From: Burkholderiales bacterium
Lineage (GTDB): Bacteria > Pseudomonadota > Gammaproteobacteria > Burkholderiales > SG8-41
Direction: 5' to 3'
Length of the DNA: 36,121 nt
NCBI GenBank assembly: GCA_019746155.1
Contig: JAIESJ010000090.1
Location: forward strand, 1 to 36,121
Part shown: positions 1-11,057 of the stretch, piece after piece
Position numbering within the stretch: position 1 is the stretch's first letter
Layout: every line of letters begins with the position of its first letter
Position numbers and translations under genes: made by a program
The notes under the pieces: generated by a model
Database searches by the model: none
The model's input: the letters and a program-made list of their open reading frames with translations, nothing else
Told to the model about the DNA's origin: nothing

Positions 1-1393
1 CGGCAGCCACCACGATGCGAATACTGGCTTGCTCGCGGCGACAGTGGCGCAATGCGTTGCGGCACAGGTTCCACATCACCTGATTCAGATGACTGCGGTC
101 AAACAGGACATAAGGGTCGGCAACCGGATCGATTTTGAATATCCCGGGAGAAATCTTCTCGATCTGGCAGAATTGCTCGACAAAGGTTTTCAGGTAGTCG
201 ACGAGCTTGATTTTTTCGCGATGGGCGCTGTCTCTGCGATTCAGCCGCAGCACGTCCTTGACCATGCGGTCGAGCCGCATGGTGTTGTCGTGAATGATGG
301 TCAGCAGCCGGGTTGCGGTGTCACTGATCGCCGGTTCCTCCCGCAGCAATTCGGCAGCGTGGCTGATCGCTCCCAGGGGATTCCGGACTTCGTGCGCAAT
401 ATTGGCGGTGAGGCGGCCCAGCGCGGCGAGTTTCATCTGGCGCGCCTGCGTCTGGATGCGCGTCAGATCCTCGAGAAAGATCACCGCACCCACGCGTCGG
501 CTCCTGCCCACCGGCACGAAACGCGCGCTCAGCGCGCGACCGAGCGTCATCTCGCTCGCAACGTCGAATTCCGTCGCGTCGTTGCGCCATTCCTCAAGAC
601 GGGCGGCAAGCGCCGGTGCATAATCCTTGAGCAGCCTGTCGCGCCGCCCGCGCGGCAGCCCCAGAATGCGCTCGGCGCGCGCATTGCACTGGCGGATCAC
701 GCCCTGATCGTCGACCACCAGCACGCCATCCTGCATATCCTGGATCACAAGCTGGTTGACCTGCGCCAGGTTTTCGAGGTCGATCTCGCGCTGCGCCGCG
801 AGCCGCTCGCTCGCGAGAATGCGCTTGGCCAGCGTATGTGCAAGCCATGCCGTCGCGAAGTACCCGCCGGACAGCAGCCCCGCCTGCACGTACTGGGAGA
901 CGTGGCTGTCGAGCATGAGCACTTCGTAGGTCTGCTCGAGCAGCACCATGATGCTGGCAAGCGCGGCATAAAACAGCGTCAGACGCCCGCGGCTGATCAG
1001 TCCCGCGCCCGCAAGCGTGGCAAGCAATAAAAGCCCCAGTCCGCTGGAAATGCCGTTGCTGGCATAGATCAGGAGCACAATAAATACGATGTCGGTCGCG
1101 ACCTGGAGCGTCAGTTGCAAGTTGAAACGCCAGCGGATCCTGATCAGCACAAAACACGCCAGGCTGAACAGGATATAAGTGCTGGCCGCAGCCGCGAACA
1201 GCGTCTGATCGCGGGAGCCGAACTGCAGGGTATTGCTCCAGACCGCGACAATCGTGAGCAATAGTACGGCGATAATCAGCCGGTAGACGTTGAAGTAGAG
1301 CAGCGAGCGCCAGAATGAATCCGGGTAGGCGCCTGCCGGCGCAATGGATTCGGCAGCCCACTGCATGGTCCGGCTGGAATCTGCGATGGACAT
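1..1393 (-). CDS. Sensor histidine kinase, PilS-like architecture (C-terminus cut by window edge)
   Basis: The minus-strand frame is open from the ATG at 1393 to the window edge, so it is absent from the ORF track. My translation starts MSIADSSRTMQW. It shows about six hydrophobic segments, a PAS-like stretch (VIQDMQDGVLVVDDQGVIRQCN) and the H-box LTANIAHEVRNPLGAISHAAELL. It reads NLCRNALRH near the window edge. The listed ORFs 29..1030(+) and 594..1361(-) are shadows of this gene. Confidence 0.85.
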   Translation of the reverse strand, partial: MSIADSSRTMQWAAESIAPAGAYPDSFWRSLLYFNVYRLIIAVLLLTIVAVWSNTLQFGSRDQTLFAAAASTYILFSLACFVLIRIRWRFNLQLTLQVATDIVFIVLLIYASNGISSGLGLLLLATLAGAGLISRGRLTLFYAALASIMVLLEQTYEVLMLDSHVSQYVQAGLLSGGYFATAWLAHTLAKRILASERLAAQREIDLENLAQVNQLVIQDMQDGVLVVDDQGVIRQCNARAERILGLPRGRRDRLLKDYAPALAARLEEWRNDATEFDVASEMTLGRALSARFVPVGRSRRVGAVIFLEDLTRIQTQARQMKLAALGRLTANIAHEVRNPLGAISHAAELLREEPAISDTATRLLTIIHDNTMRLDRMVKDVLRLNRRDSAHREKIKLVDYLKTFVEQFCQIEKISPGIFKIDPVADPYVLFDRSHLNQVMWNLCRNALRHCRREQASIRIVVAA

Positions 1394-1413
1394 GGCCGGA
1401 TTACAAGACCACG

Positions 1414-1644
1414 TCAACTGGGTTTCTGGTGCAGGCGCTGATGCTCGGGACTGCAGAAGAACTGGCCGCCTGTCGTAAGGCTCTCGCTGCGCGGCAAATG
1501 CACGCCGCATTGCGCGCATCGCACCATGTCTTCTTCGCCCCCGGTCTGCGGCGGCTGCCCGTCTTTGCCCGCTTTCCTGCGATAGCCCTTGAGAATCCAG
1601 TAGGCAAGCAACAGGCCCAGCACGAGAAAAAGGATTTTTGCCAA
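1414..1644 (-). CDS. Small membrane-anchored Cys-rich protein (PP0621-family-like), upstream of the kinase
   Basis: 76 codons with an N-terminal hydrophobic helix (AKILFLVLGLLLAYWIL) and a CxxC...CxxxH tail (CAQCGVH...FCSPEH). The first codon is TTG, so the exact start is uncertain. It lies 20 nt upstream of the kinase ATG on the same strand. Confidence 0.55.
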   Translation of the reverse strand: MAKILFLVLGLLLAYWILKGYRRKAGKDGQPPQTGGEEDMVRCAQCGVHLPRSESLTTGGQFFCSPEHQRLHQKPS

Positions 1645-1734
1645 GCGTCACGCCCAGTGAAATGTGATGCGCTAGTTTGCCGCAACCGCCGCCGCCCGTC
1701 GAGTGCCGCGCGGCCGGACACGCCGGAAGCGTGA

Positions 1735-2289
1735 CTACCGCGGGAGTTTGCCGGCCTGAGCGTGCGCCGCTTCGGGGTCCACCTGCAGCGCCTCGAGAAA
1801 ACGGGACACCAGATTGTAGCCCCCGATCGTCGCCGTCAACTCGACCAGCTGACGCCGGTTAAAGTGGAGGCGCAGCGCATCGAAAACCGCATCGGCGACG
1901 TGAATCTCGCGCGTCATTGCATCGGTATAGGCAAGCACCGCACGCTGCGCGTCACTGAACAGTGCCGATTCCCGCCATTTGCCGAGCGCGTCGATCTGCT
2001 CCCGGGTGACGCCCTCCTTCAGCGCAAACGGGACATGCGCGCGGTATTCGTATTCGGCACCGTTGATGATCGCCACACGCAGGATCGCGAGCTCGCGATA
2101 ACCGCCGGGAAGCTCGCATTTCTGGCGGATCGCGGTAAACAGATTCAGCCAGCCCGCGGCCACGCTCGGGCTGTTGAGCAGCATCCTGTAGAGATTCAGC
2201 ATGCGCCCGCCACGCTCGGAACGGATCTGCTCCGCGAGCGCCTTGATTTCCGGGCTGCTGTTTTCGTCGGCGTAGGGAACGCGGGCCAT
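1735..2289 (-). CDS. Carboxymuconolactone decarboxylase / AhpD-like family protein
   Basis: I chose the ATG at 2289 (MARVPYADENSSPEIKALAEQIR...), preceded by GGAG 9 nt upstream. The longer track ORF (to 2349) adds 20 unconvincing codons. The family call rests on overall sequence resemblance. Confidence 0.7.
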   Translation of the reverse strand: MARVPYADENSSPEIKALAEQIRSERGGRMLNLYRMLLNSPSVAAGWLNLFTAIRQKCELPGGYRELAILRVAIINGAEYEYRAHVPFALKEGVTREQIDALGKWRESALFSDAQRAVLAYTDAMTREIHVADAVFDALRLHFNRRQLVELTATIGGYNLVSRFLEALQVDPEAAHAQAGKLPR

Positions 2290-2353
2290 GATGATTTGCT
2301 CCAGGGGAAATAAAAAAGCGCGCGATTTATTGTTTCTCGCGCTGACCAATGAG

Positions 2354-2398
<45 letters not shown>

Positions 2399-2504
2399 TC
2401 CTTAACTTTAGTTGCATTTAATTATAAATCATTTGGTTAGCCGCATTGTTAATTCTAGATTATGCCAAAAAGTGCCCATGCATATCTCAAGCCGTATATA
2501 AAGT

Positions 2505-3155
2505 AAGTATCCCCCGGCAAAGCCGGGGGCTTTAGAATGTGAGCCGCTCAAAGCGGCAATGCGGGGTCGCTAACGCGGCCCCGATCCTCTTGGGCCACCG
2601 TAACGGTGGCCAGTTAGCGCCACAGGTTCATTTGCTCCAGTCGCTTGTCCTCGTCCTCCTGGCGCCGGATGTACTCCCGAATCACGGCTTCGTCCCGTCC
2701 CACCGTGGAAACAAAGTACCCCCTCGCCCAGAAGGGCTGCCCGACGAAGTTCCGCTTCCGTTCTCCGTACACCCGTGCCAGATGAATCGCGCTCTTGCCC
2801 TTGATGTAACCCACCACCTGTGACACAGCGTACTTCGGCGGAATCGCGATCATCATGTGCACATGGTCCGGCATCAGGTGCCCTTCTTCGATCCGGCTTT
2901 CCTTCTGCATCGCCAGCCTTCGAAACCCCTCGCCCAAGTGCTGACGCAACTCTACGTACAGCGTTCGTCTTCGACACTTCGGTATGAAAACGACGTGGTA
3001 TTTGCACTCCCAAGCCGTGTGGCTTAGGCTCTCGTACTCGTCCATCGTGATTCTCCCTTTCGTGTGCTTGGCGGCTCACGATCCGGAGTTTCACCGATGG
3101 ACTCCCGTATTTGTCAAACTTCTGCTGCCTCCCCGGCAGAGCCGGGGGGCCTCCC
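2505..3155 (-). mobile_element. IS200/IS605-family insertion sequence, tnpA-only (boundaries approximate)
   Basis: The Y1 transposase gene is flanked by similar subterminal hairpins: CCCCCGGCAAAGCCGGGGG (2511-2529) and CCCCGGCAGAGCCGGGG (3131-3147). Further hairpins sit at 2541-2610. AT-rich foreign-looking DNA lies on the left. Confidence 0.6.
2614..3045 (-). CDS. tnpA: IS200/IS605-family transposase TnpA (HUH/Y1)
   Basis: 143 aa starting MDEYESLSHTAWECKYHVVFIPKCRRR, with the HUH motif HVHMMI and the catalytic Tyr context ARGYFVSTVG. GGGAG lies upstream of the ATG at 3045. Confidence 0.9.
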   Translation of the reverse strand: MDEYESLSHTAWECKYHVVFIPKCRRRTLYVELRQHLGEGFRRLAMQKESRIEEGHLMPDHVHMMIAIPPKYAVSQVVGYIKGKSAIHLARVYGERKRNFVGQPFWARGYFVSTVGRDEAVIREYIRRQEDEDKRLEQMNLWR

Positions 3156-3159
3156 TTGG

Positions 3160-4107
<948 letters not shown>

Positions 4108-4197
4108 GTTGCTTATTCTGAGAGCGATGGCGTCACGATTCTGTCACGTCACACCGGGAGAACAACCAGAGACCAACAACTAACTGCTTGAAATTAT

Positions 4198-4274
<77 letters not shown>

Positions 4275-4305
4275 ATTCCCGACTTGCGACTTCCAAGAGC
4301 CTCTG

Positions 4306-4338
4306 ATAACCAACAGGGGCACGTCGTGCGCGCCCCTG
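4306..4338 (-). terminator. Putative intrinsic terminator after ispB
   Basis: The minus strand reads CAGGGGC-gcgcacgacgt-GCCCCTG followed by TTGGTTAT. The hairpin abuts the ispB stop at 4339. Confidence 0.45.
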
Positions 4339-5307
4339 TCAGTAACTTCTCGTCACAGCAAAGTCCGCCAATTGTAGCAAATAATCGCGATATTTTGAAT
4401 TTGGCAGGAAGGACAAAGCTTCCCGGGCAGCGCGCGATTCGGTTCGAGCCTGCTCGCGCGCGTAATCGAGCGCGCCGGTCTGGCGGATGGCGTCGAGCAC
4501 CGCCGACATCTCCTCGATACCCCCATGCTCGATGGCGCGGCGGATGAGCGCAGTCTGCTCGCGGGTGCCGTGCCTGATGGCATGGATCAGCGGCAGCGTA
4601 GGCTTGCCTTCGGCGAGATCGTCGCCCACGTTCTTGCCGATCACAGAATGGTCGCCGGAATAATCGAGCACGTCGTCGATCAGCTGGAAAGCCGTGCCCA
4701 GATGCATGCCGTAGGCCGCCATCGCCTCCTCGGTCTGCGCCGACGCTCTGCCGAGAATGGCGCCGAGACGGGTCGAGGCTTCGAACAGCTTGGCGGTCTT
4801 GTAGCGGATGACCTGCAGATAGCCCTGCTCGTCAATATCCGCGTTATGGCAATTCATGAGCTGCAGCACCTCGCCCTCGGCGATGACGTTGGTGGCATCC
4901 GCGAGCACCTGCAGCACGCGCATGTTGTCGACCTCCACCATCATCTGGAACGCCCGCGAATAAACAAAGTCGCCAACCAGCACGCTCGCAGCGTTGCCGA
5001 AAAGCGCATTCGACGTCGGGCGTCCGCGCCGCAACGCGGATTCGTCGACGACGTCGTCGTGCAGCAGCGTCGCAGTGTGGATGAATTCGACCACCGCCGC
5101 GAGTTCATGATGATGCCTGCCCTGGTAGCCGAGAGCCTTCGCCGCAAGGATGACCAGAGTCGGGCGCAGCCGCTTGCCGCCGCCGCCGATGATGTATTCG
5201 GCAACCTGGCGGATCAGCACAACATCGGAATGCAGGCGGCTGCGGATTACCTCGTCCACTGCCTGCATGTCGGCGGCAATGAAGGCACGAATGGCGTCGA
5301 TTGGCAC
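4339..5307 (-). CDS. ispB: Octaprenyl-diphosphate synthase
   Basis: It carries the polyprenyl synthase motifs LLHDDVVDES and FQLIDDVLD and reads colinear with my recollection of E. coli IspB. I placed the start at the GTG at 5307 (VPIDAIRAFIAADMQAV) by N-terminal length. The track ORF extension to 5514 is not protein-like. The start remains uncertain (TTG at 5325 is an alternative). Confidence 0.9.
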   Translation of the reverse strand: MPIDAIRAFIAADMQAVDEVIRSRLHSDVVLIRQVAEYIIGGGGKRLRPTLVILAAKALGYQGRHHHELAAVVEFIHTATLLHDDVVDESALRRGRPTSNALFGNAASVLVGDFVYSRAFQMMVEVDNMRVLQVLADATNVIAEGEVLQLMNCHNADIDEQGYLQVIRYKTAKLFEASTRLGAILGRASAQTEEAMAAYGMHLGTAFQLIDDVLDYSGDHSVIGKNVGDDLAEGKPTLPLIHAIRHGTREQTALIRRAIEHGGIEEMSAVLDAIRQTGALDYAREQARTESRAAREALSFLPNSKYRDYLLQLADFAVTRSY

Positions 5308-5471
5308 GGGAGTTCCGCTGAACAAAAAGCATTGATGATACCAGCGTAGCCTGACCGCGGCAGGGGCCACAAGTGCCGCCTCCGCCGCCGGAACCCGCAT
5401 CCGCCGCACCGCACCGCACCTAAGCCTTTGACGCCAAACCCTTCCTACCATTCCGTCCCGATCGATTTTCT

Positions 5472-5500
5472 TTGACTCCAGGACATAATTTTTGTAGAAT
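5472..5500 (+). promoter_or_regulatory. Sigma70-type promoter for rplU-rpmA
   Basis: TTGACT (5472-5477), a 17-nt spacer, then TAGAAT (5495-5500), about 35 nt upstream of the rplU ATG. Confidence 0.6.
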
Positions 5501-5535
5501 GCACGGTTTTCCAAAAAGCCTTAATGGGGTTATCC

Positions 5536-5847
5536 ATGTATGCGGTCATAAAAACCGGCGGCAAGCAGTACCGGGTGAGCGCCGGCGAAAAACTCAAAGT
5601 AGAACAGATACCTGCAGACATCGGGGCCGAGATCGTGCTGGATCAGGTATTGATGGTCGGCGATGGTGATGCGGTCAAATTGGGCGCGCCGCTGGTGAGC
5701 GGTGCTTCGGTCACGGCCAAAGTGATCGCACACGGCCGCGGCGACAAAGTGCGCATTTTCAAGATGCGCCGCCGCAAGCATTATCGCAAGACCCAGGGTC
5801 ACCGTCAGAACTTCACCGAGATCGAAATTCTCGGCATTGCGGGCTAA
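5536..5847 (+). CDS. rplU: 50S ribosomal protein L21
   Basis: [25 protein letters not shown]... The track ORF starts 4 codons earlier; the ATG at 5536 matches the canonical N-terminus. Confidence 0.95.
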   Translation: MYAVIKTGGKQYRVSAGEKLKVEQIPADIGAEIVLDQVLMVGDGDAVKLGAPLVSGASVTAKVIAHGRGDKVRIFKMRRRKHYRKTQGHRQNFTEIEILGIAG

Positions 5848-5858
5848 GGAGCGGACAC

Positions 5859-6116
5859 ATGGCACATAAAAAAGCAGGCGGCAGTTCGCGTAACGGCCGC
5901 GATTCACAGGCCAAGCGGCTGGGCGTGAAGTGCTTCGGCGGCGAACTCGTGCCGGCGGGCAGCATCATCATCCGCCAGCGCGGCACGCAGGTCCATGCGG
6001 GCGACAACGTCGGCATCGGCAAGGACCATACCCTGTTCGCCAAGGTGACGGGGAAGATCGAGTTCTCGCAGAAAGGCCCGCGCAAACACAAGATGGTCAG
6101 CGTCGTTCCCGCCTGA
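5859..6116 (+). CDS. rpmA: 50S ribosomal protein L27
   Basis: [24 protein letters not shown]..., with AAGGAG upstream. Confidence 0.97.
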   Translation: MAHKKAGGSSRNGRDSQAKRLGVKCFGGELVPAGSIIIRQRGTQVHAGDNVGIGKDHTLFAKVTGKIEFSQKGPRKHKMVSVVPA

Positions 6117-6138
6117 CACAAGCATGGTTCGGCGAAAA

Positions 6139-6168
6139 GGCCCTGTCGGAACGGCAGGGCTTTTTTAT
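6139..6168 (+). terminator. Rho-independent terminator after rpmA
   Basis: GGCCCTGTCG-gaa-CGGCAGGGC followed by TTTTTTATT. Confidence 0.75.
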
Positions 6169-6202
6169 TCCGGATACGAGTAAGTCCCTCATCCCCCCGT
6201 GA

Positions 6203-7303
<1,101 letters not shown>

Positions 7304-7352
7304 CCTCTGCCGATCAGCCTGATGAATAATTACCTTTACGTCAAGGCTTTCC

Positions 7353-8471
7353 ATGACTTCCGTATTGCGTGACGCTAAACGCCTGGTCGTCAAGGTCGGC
7401 AGCGGCCTGGTCACCAACCAGGGCCAGGGACTGGATCGCGCCGCGCTGTCGCGCTGGGCGGAACAGATCGCGCAACTCAGGCATTCCGGATATGAAGTCG
7501 TGCTGGTATCGAGCGGCGCGATTGCCGAGGGCATGCAGCGGCTCGGCTGGAAAAAACGTCCGCACGCCTTGCACGAGCTGCAGGCCGCGGCGGCAGTCGG
7601 CCAGATGGGGTTGATCGAGGTCTACGAATCCTGCTTTCGCAAGCACAACCTGCTTACCTCGCAGATCCTGCTCACGCACGAGGATCTGGCCGACCGTAAA
7701 CGCTATCTCAATGCGCGCTCGACGCTGCGCACGCTCTTGGCGCTGGATGTTGTCCCCATCATTAACGAAAACGACACGGTGGCAAGCGACGAGATCCGCT
7801 TCGGCGACAACGACACGCTCGCCGCACTGGTCACCAATCTGATCGAAGCCGATGTGCTGGTCATCCTCACCGATCAGGCCGGCTTATACGACAAGGACCC
7901 GCGCAAGGATCCGGCGGCGAAGCTGGTGGCGGAAGCCAAAGCCGGCGACCCGCAGCTCGAATCGATGGCCGGCGGCGCGGGAAGCCCTATCGGACTGGGC
8001 GGCATGCGCACCAAAGTGCTCGCAGCCAAGCGTGCCGCGCGCAGCGGAGCACATACCGTGATTGCGTCAGGACGGGAAGACAAAGTGTTGCTGCGGCTCG
8101 TGCAGGGCGAGCGCATCGGCACCCAGATCATCGCCGAGAGCGCAACGCTCGCCGCGCGCAAGCAGTGGCTCGCCGATCATCTGCAGGTGCGCGGCCAGAT
8201 CGTGCTGGATGCCGGCGCGGTCAAGGCGCTCAGGATCGACGGCAAGAGCCTGCTGCCGATTGGCGTTCATGAGGCTGCGGGCGATTTCGAACGCGGTGAA
8301 GTCGTGAGCTGCCTGGACGAAGCGCGACGCGAGATCGCGCGCGGCCTCATCAACTACAGCGCGTCGGAAACGCGCCGCATCCTGCGCACGCCCTCAAGCG
8401 AGATCGAAGCCAAGCTCGGCTACGTCGACGAACCGGAACTGATTCACCGGGACAATCTAGTGCTGCTCTAA
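7353..8471 (+). CDS. proB: Glutamate 5-kinase
   Basis: 372 aa with an amino-acid kinase N-terminus ([11 protein letters not shown]) and a PUA-like C-terminus. The obg-proB synteny fits. Confidence 0.93.
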   Translation: MTSVLRDAKRLVVKVGSGLVTNQGQGLDRAALSRWAEQIAQLRHSGYEVVLVSSGAIAEGMQRLGWKKRPHALHELQAAAAVGQMGLIEVYESCFRKHNLLTSQILLTHEDLADRKRYLNARSTLRTLLALDVVPIINENDTVASDEIRFGDNDTLAALVTNLIEADVLVILTDQAGLYDKDPRKDPAAKLVAEAKAGDPQLESMAGGAGSPIGLGGMRTKVLAAKRAARSGAHTVIASGREDKVLLRLVQGERIGTQIIAESATLAARKQWLADHLQVRGQIVLDAGAVKALRIDGKSLLPIGVHEAAGDFERGEVVSCLDEARREIARGLINYSASETRRILRTPSSEIEAKLGYVDEPELIHRDNLVLL

Positions 8472-8564
8472 AGGCAGCACTGGATTGCAGTGGAGACTAA
8501 TGCGGCCACAGGCCGCGTTATGTCGGAACCACAATCTGGTCCTGCTTTAGCCGGGGCAGCGCCC

Positions 8565-9089
8565 TCACCGGGGCCGGCTGCCGTACTTGAGTAAATCGAG
8601 CGCCTGTTTCGCGTCTTTCACCGGTACCTTGCCGTTGCAAAAGAAGTCGGTGTAAAGCACCCCGTGATGGCGGTTGACCTCCTTGTACTCGATGCGCCGC
8701 CACTGCGGATCGCGCGCCCGTGACCACGTGCCGTCGTTGCGGCCGATGGCGTAGTATTTCTGCTGCCGCACGTCACAGCGCATGCCCTCGTAAGTGACAT
8801 TGGTTGCGCCACCCGAGGTCCGGATCACCAGCGTATAGCGCACCACGCCATCGCCGCCCACCGAGATCGACTCGGAGTCGATATAAAAGCGATGGGGGGA
8901 CGCCGCGCCGGCCTCGAACTCAATCAGGTTCTGCGGTCTGGGATAGGGCGGGATTTGCGCCTGGATTTCGGGCCAGGGTTTCTTTTCCTGATCGAATTCG
9001 TAATCCCAGCCCTCCCATTGCGCGACTGCGGGCGCGGGCAGCAACAGCGCCGCCAACAGCGGCACCAGCGATCTCAAATCAACGCTCAT
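8565..9089 (-). CDS. CNP1-like secreted/periplasmic protein
   Basis: It has a signal peptide (LVPLLAALLLPAPAVAQ). The body (FYIDSESISVGGDGVVRYTLVIRTSGGATNVTYEGMRCD...YY) matches my recollection of the CNP1-like family. Confidence 0.6.
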   Translation of the reverse strand: MSVDLRSLVPLLAALLLPAPAVAQWEGWDYEFDQEKKPWPEIQAQIPPYPRPQNLIEFEAGAASPHRFYIDSESISVGGDGVVRYTLVIRTSGGATNVTYEGMRCDVRQQKYYAIGRNDGTWSRARDPQWRRIEYKEVNRHHGVLYTDFFCNGKVPVKDAKQALDLLKYGSRPR

Positions 9090-10287
9090 AGATGAAATCG
9101 CGCGTCAGCGGCAACGCCAGCGTGCCCGCGGCAGTCGGCTTGCCGGCCAGTACCTGGAAAATCGACATCCAGCCGCGCTCGAAAGCGTGGGCCGATCCCG
9201 CCATGTAGACGCGCCAGATGCGGAAAACCTTCTCACCCACCTCGGCGAATACCGCGTCGCGGTTGGCCTCCAGCCGTTCCACCCACTGCCACAGCGTTTT
9301 GGCGTAATGCGGACGCAGACTCTCGATGTCCCAGCACTCCAGGCCCTGGGCCGACATCCCGGCAATCACTTCGGAAATATGCACCAGCTCGCCGCCCGGA
9401 AACACGTAGTCGTCGATGAATTCCCCGATGTCGCTGCCGAGCTCTTCCTGGCCGAGCGAGTTGAGCGTAATCCCATGGTTCATCACCAGGCCGCCGGGCT
9501 TGAGCAGGCGGAACATCTTGGCGAAGTAAAGCGGAAGGTTTTTCCTGCCGACATGCTCGAACATGCCGACACTGGCGATCTTGTCGAACGGCTCGTCCTC
9601 CGGCACGTCACGGTAATCGAGCAGCTTGACTTCACATAAGCCGTCCAACCCCTGTTCCCGAATCTGGCGCCGGGCGTAATCGTACTGGTTGCGGCTCAGG
9701 GTGACGCCTGTGGCGCGCACCTTGTAATGCCGGGCCGCCCACATGATGAGCGCGCCCCAGCCGCAACCGATGTCGAGAAAACGCTCCCCGGGCCGCAACT
9801 GCAGCTTGCGGCAAATGTGATCGAGCTTCTGCTCCTGTGCGATATCAAGCGTGTCATCGGCGCGCCGGAAATAAGCGCACGAATAAACGCGACGCCGGTC
9901 GAGCCACAGACCGAAGAAATCGTCGCTCACATCATAGTGATAGCGGATCGCCTTGCGATCGAACAGGCGCGAATGCCGCATCCATTTGCGGAACCGGGAA
10001 TTTTTGCCGTGCGGCAACACCGGCACGACACTCAGCGTCTCGCTCATGCGCACCAGTTCGCGCGCGTCGCCTTCGACATCGAGTTCCTGCTCGACGTAAT
10101 GCCGGGCGAGTTTCCCCATGCTGGGATTGACGAGCGAGGCGAGAACCTTCGGCGAGCGTACCGTGACCCTGACACGCGGCGGCACCGGCGGCATCACCGA
10201 TCGCCCGTTCCACAGCGTCACCCCAAGCGGCAGGCCCAGTTCACGCAGGCGCTGCTCGAAGCGACCCAATAGCCGGGTTTCCATCAT
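9079..10287 (-). CDS. cfa: Cyclopropane-fatty-acyl-phospholipid synthase family SAM-dependent methyltransferase
   Basis: It has the SAM motif LDIGCGWGAL and CFA-synthase-like flanks. I chose the ATG at 10287 (GGGAGG lies 10 nt upstream); the track ORF starts at an upstream TTG. The stop overlaps the CNP1-like start by 11 nt. Confidence 0.8.
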   Translation of the reverse strand: MMETRLLGRFEQRLRELGLPLGVTLWNGRSVMPPVPPRVRVTVRSPKVLASLVNPSMGKLARHYVEQELDVEGDARELVRMSETLSVVPVLPHGKNSRFRKWMRHSRLFDRKAIRYHYDVSDDFFGLWLDRRRVYSCAYFRRADDTLDIAQEQKLDHICRKLQLRPGERFLDIGCGWGALIMWAARHYKVRATGVTLSRNQYDYARRQIREQGLDGLCEVKLLDYRDVPEDEPFDKIASVGMFEHVGRKNLPLYFAKMFRLLKPGGLVMNHGITLNSLGQEELGSDIGEFIDDYVFPGGELVHISEVIAGMSAQGLECWDIESLRPHYAKTLWQWVERLEANRDAVFAEVGEKVFRIWRVYMAGSAHAFERGWMSIFQVLAGKPTAAGTLALPLTRDFIYER

Positions 10288-10412
10288 ATGCTCTACCCCT
10301 CCCAAGACCCCGCCTTGGTAAGCGTATTTTGCCGTACGTGGCGGCTGTTTGCTTGAGACCAGACCGAGAGTTCACTTAAAGACCATCAATCCGGCCGGAA
10401 ACTGACAGTATC

Positions 10413-10997
10413 CTAAACCAGGTCCGCGACCAGCGAGGCTCTGATCGCCGGATCGATATCTTCAACGGTAACATTGTATTGCGGATGGTCGATCCCGGCG
10501 GAGACGCGCGCACCGCGCTTGAGCGACTGCACCATCGCGGGGTCGAGCTCCAGGCGCAAAAAGTGAACCGATGAAGTCTTGTCGGCATTTTCACGCTCCA
10601 GATCCTCATCGGCAATGGCGTAGACACGCTGGTGGCCCTCAACCTTGATCCAGACCTTGTCCTCGATGCCGATCAGCCTGGAGAGCATTTGCCGCCGCTC
10701 ATCGAGGTCGGGATATTCGATCATCATCGTCGCCTTCCAGTTGCCGCCATCCGGAATCAGCGGATTGTAGGCATCGAGTTCGTCGGCGATGCCCGCTTCC
10801 TCGAAAATTTTCTCGGCACGCAGCATCTCCTGTATCTGATAACGGATGGTCAGCTCGTCCTCGAAGATCAGCGTAACATTGCCGCCCAAATGCAGCGTAC
10901 GGTTTTTCTTGTGCGCCATCACCTTGGCACGGAATGCGTTGCGCGTTTTGGCGTAGGCTTCAAGCGTCATCAGGCTGTCACGGGTAATTTTCGGCAT
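10413..10997 (-). CDS. DUF3501 family protein
   Basis: 194 aa starting MPKITRDSLMTLEAYAKTRNAFRAKVMAHKKNR. AAGGAAA lies before the ATG. It is the last gene of the rubrerythrin/Fe-S operon. Confidence 0.7.
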   Translation of the reverse strand: MPKITRDSLMTLEAYAKTRNAFRAKVMAHKKNRTLHLGGNVTLIFEDELTIRYQIQEMLRAEKIFEEAGIADELDAYNPLIPDGGNWKATMMIEYPDLDERRQMLSRLIGIEDKVWIKVEGHQRVYAIADEDLERENADKTSSVHFLRLELDPAMVQSLKRGARVSAGIDHPQYNVTVEDIDPAIRASLVADLV

Positions 10998-11016
10998 GGG
11001 TTTCCTTGGTAAGCGA

Positions 11017-11049
11017 GCGGTGAGGGGTATCTGGGTCTTCCCTCACTGC
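11017..11049. repeat. Short hairpin GTGAGGG-13 nt-CCCTCAC between the Fe-S gene and DUF3501
   Basis: GTGAGGG (11020-11026) pairs with CCCTCAC (11040-11046). The motif is related to the GTGAAGG elements. Confidence 0.5.
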
Positions 11050-11057
11050 CCGTATGT

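Noticed and set aside
29-1361. Track ORFs 29..1030(+) and 594..1361(-), of 333 and 255 aa.
   Set aside because: Their translations are Arg/Ala/Gly-rich nonsense. The third minus-strand frame gives a clean PilS-like kinase across the same DNA, so these are high-GC shadow ORFs.
5308-5514. N-terminal extension of ispB (391-aa track ORF starting at a TTG).
   Set aside because: The extension runs through the rplU promoter region and is not protein-like. By my recollection of E. coli IspB, the N-terminus aligns with the GTG at 5307.
8472-8564. A possible small RNA or terminator between convergent proB and the CNP1-like gene (hairpin GCGGCC-aca-GGCCGC).
   Set aside because: The stem is short, has no U-tract on either strand, and has no further supporting signal. 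I mention it only as a weak bidirectional terminator candidate.
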